Positions 63,101-64,000 of a stretch of DNA of 64,000 nucleotides are shown here, in pieces. The position numbers and the translations under genes are program-made. Location: contig JAUSPN010000106.1 in NCBI GenBank assembly GCA_030656555.1, positions 8,404-72,403 on the forward strand. The letters are read 5' to 3'. Source of the DNA: Candidatus Desulfaltia sp. GTDB lineage: Bacteria > Desulfobacterota > Desulfobacteria > Desulfobacterales > ETH-SRB1. The notes beneath the pieces are model-generated. The model was not told the origin of the DNA. It saw only the letters and a program-made list of their open reading frames with translations, and made no database searches. Position 1 is the first letter of the stretch, and each line of letters starts with the position of its first letter.

Positions 63101-63688
63101 GATTTGAAGATAAGGGGAGGAGGCACAATTTTGGGCTCATCCCAGTCCGGCCATATAGCTGCGGTAGGTTATGACATGTTTTTAAAGCTCATGGAAAACG
63201 CGATGTCCGAGCTTAAAGGAAAACCGGTTCAGGAGGGCCTTGAACCTGAGATTAACATACCTTTATCAAGCTTTATTCCCGAAATTTATATTTCCGATAT
63301 CAACCAGCGGCTTTCAGCTTATCGCCGCCTTTCAAAGATGACCGAGCTTTGCGAAATTTCAGATTTTAAGAAAGAGCTGATTGACCGCTTTGGAGCTTTG
63401 CCAAAAGAGACAAACAATCTTTTATTAAAAATCATGCTTAGAGTATTGGCAATAAAAGCCGGGGTGAAACGGCTTGATCTGACAGGACAGCAACTCATTC
63501 TTTATTTTTCAGAGGTTCACCAGAAACATCCCTTTGGCATTGTTGATATGATCGTTAAACAAAGCGATTGTTTTAGTTTTACGCCGGATCATGTGCTAAA
63601 AGCAAAACTGTCAAAACGCAGCACAGTCGGTCTATTGCTGGAAACCAAAAACATCTTGAAAGAAATTACACAACATGTTAATTTTTAA
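60161..63688 (+). CDS. mfd: Transcription-repair coupling factor
   Basis: 1175 aa. UvrB-homology N-region, RNAP-interaction domain (FVVHIEHGVG), superfamily-2 translocase motifs (GDVGYGKTEVALRAAF, VLDEEQRFGV, LTLTATPIPRTL, QLRGRVGR). Confidence 0.95.
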   Translation: MFINLNQEKSSIKSLIDLIPCRNSGIECAGLSGSDRAFLVSRIYMEHRMPVVVVAASSKDAEMLLEDLCFFSKDIQKASIYFPPYNILPFKRLSYHNETAARRISALYRLIEGEMPPVVVTTATALLQRLIPKPVLSDYAELIMTGEDIDRDLLIEKLISGGYVRAAIVEEPGDFCVRGGILDIYSPMYSDPLRIELFGETVESLRFFSAATQRKTDNIQEAIILPAGEAILKMELMDKITGRIREQASALDLPVTRVRELVERIRKEGVFPGIESLIPLIYPKLDTLFNYVSDKALFVLIEPKELEEAAGQFQEQVTKNYLAACKEGRLCVEPDAFYMQWPKAKEMLSERKPLTVKMLPVSGEGWDKGQPFLRIGFNVEDNAAVGTELKAHMKKEDLLLPLANWINDRKQEGYTALIVCSSRLQADRIKSLLSPYGIELGIINGFHVAKGCKWPVAVCLGRVSSGFVWQDAFLAVITEEEIFGVKRHRKKISRQKAEVQAGMLEFTDLKKSEFVVHIEHGVGCFDGLVKLKIDGTGNDFLLIIYKDGDKLYLPVDRMSMVQKYMGLDGVIPVLDKLGSKSWQRVKERVKKSVEKIAGKLLKLYSERNVNKGYAFKVTDGDSQDFEAGFSYEETPDQLKAIDDVLHDMENPIPMDRLICGDVGYGKTEVALRAAFMAVNNGKQVAMLVPTTVLAEQHFETFANRFKRYPVNLACLSRFRSVREQRLIIDELKTGKIDIVIGTHRLIQKDVAFKDLGLVVLDEEQRFGVKHKEKLKEIRRMVDVLTLTATPIPRTLHMSMMGVRDVSIISTPPEHRQSIITYISEFDGAVISEAIRNELKRKGQIYFVHNDIHNIWTMANYLKKLVPEVRLDVAHGRLTEDELELVMLRFFNKEIDMLVCTTIIESGLDIPSANTILINRADRFGLAQIYQLRGRVGRADEQAYAYLFIPDETALGKDAQKRLKVLMEHSDLGAGFQIAMSDLKIRGGGTILGSSQSGHIAAVGYDMFLKLMENAMSELKGKPVQEGLEPEINIPLSSFIPEIYISDINQRLSAYRRLSKMTELCEISDFKKELIDRFGALPKETNNLLLKIMLRVLAIKAGVKRLDLTGQQLILYFSEVHQKHPFGIVDMIVKQSDCFSFTPDHVLKAKLSKRSTVGLLLETKNILKEITQHVNF

Positions 63689-63737
63689 AAAACAATATGC
63701 TTAAAGGATTAAGGATTTCCGATCCTTTCATTTATCA

Positions 63738-64000
63738 ATGATAAGATACTGTAATAAATTGTCTCCAATGTTTGGAGCCTTATTAATTGTTTGCTTTTTA
63801 GCAGGGTGTGGTGATTATGGGTCTAATTCACATTCAGCGCCCAGCGATAATTATTTAATTAAAGTCGGAGACGGTGTCGTTACAACCGTTGACTTCAACA
63901 GCGCCTTTGAGATTATAAGGACAGCTTATTCCCATAATGCATTGCAGGAGCCGGATTCTTGCAGGGAACCCAAGTTGCGGCTTTTGAGCCAGTTGATAGA
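63738..64000 (+). CDS. SurA-N-like peptidyl-prolyl isomerase/chaperone lipoprotein (partial; continues past the right edge)
   Basis: Own translation MIRYCNKLSPMFGALLIVCFLAGCGDYGSNSHSAPSDNYLIKVGDGVVTTVDFNSAFEII... Lipobox LAGCG. The frame is open to 64000. Confidence 0.45.
   Translation, partial: MIRYCNKLSPMFGALLIVCFLAGCGDYGSNSHSAPSDNYLIKVGDGVVTTVDFNSAFEIIRTAYSHNALQEPDSCREPKLRLLSQLI

Overview
The window looks like chromosomal DNA of roughly 40% G+C from an anaerobic deltaproteobacterium of Desulfobacterales type. That assignment is an inference from gene content: an AhbA/B-like siroheme decarboxylase, EtfAB next to a membrane Fe-S oxidoreductase, an IorB-like gene, and dense intergenic hairpin repeats. 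Layout: (1) 1-4.4 kb holds housekeeping genes on the minus strand: a radical SAM gene, ahb-like, mtnA, a K+ channel and iorB-like. (2) 4.8-30.1 kb is an unusually large block of 20 CDS. By eye, 19 of them encode secreted, lipoprotein or membrane proteins. They include repeated CsgG-like, LPP20/FlgT-N-like and DUF799-like modules, many TPR proteins, an MlaE/MlaD-like transporter whose ABC ATPase looks catalytically dead, a CHASE2 nucleotide cyclase, a CHASE2-only protein, two FecR-domain paralogues, TPR-SpoIID, a Tat-signal TPR-amidase_3, and a DUF799-FN3-beta-helix giant lipoprotein. This block is my best candidate for an undescribed envelope system. (3) 30.2-35.8 kb is an accessory stretch of small same-strand cassettes. 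It contains decayed and intact toxin-antitoxin modules, a PD-(D/E)XK-like nuclease, relE/dinJ flanked by direct repeats, mobile mystery proteins A/B, and at least one attC-like structure. (4) 35.9-41.9 kb holds a frameshifted acyl-CoA synthetase, a membrane Fe-S oxidoreductase and etfBA. (5) 42.2-54.5 kb is an RND efflux operon whose adaptor and pump genes are separated by about 7.8 kb of foreign DNA. That DNA includes a G+C-rich ImmA/DUF4411 pair, gene relics, and an AbiE module whose toxin gene is interrupted by an IS21-family element with a 7-bp target duplication. A 78-bp direct repeat marks one junction. (6) 54.7-64 kb holds an lsrF-like aldolase, a peroxiredoxin-like gene with an in-frame TGA plus a downstream hairpin (candidate selenoprotein), a GH13 sugar phosphorylase, IHF/HU, tRNA-Thr(CGU), mfd and the start of a SurA-like lipoprotein. 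Two families of intergenic structured repeats recur across the window. All calls come from reading the sequence and the ORF track by eye; no database search was run.
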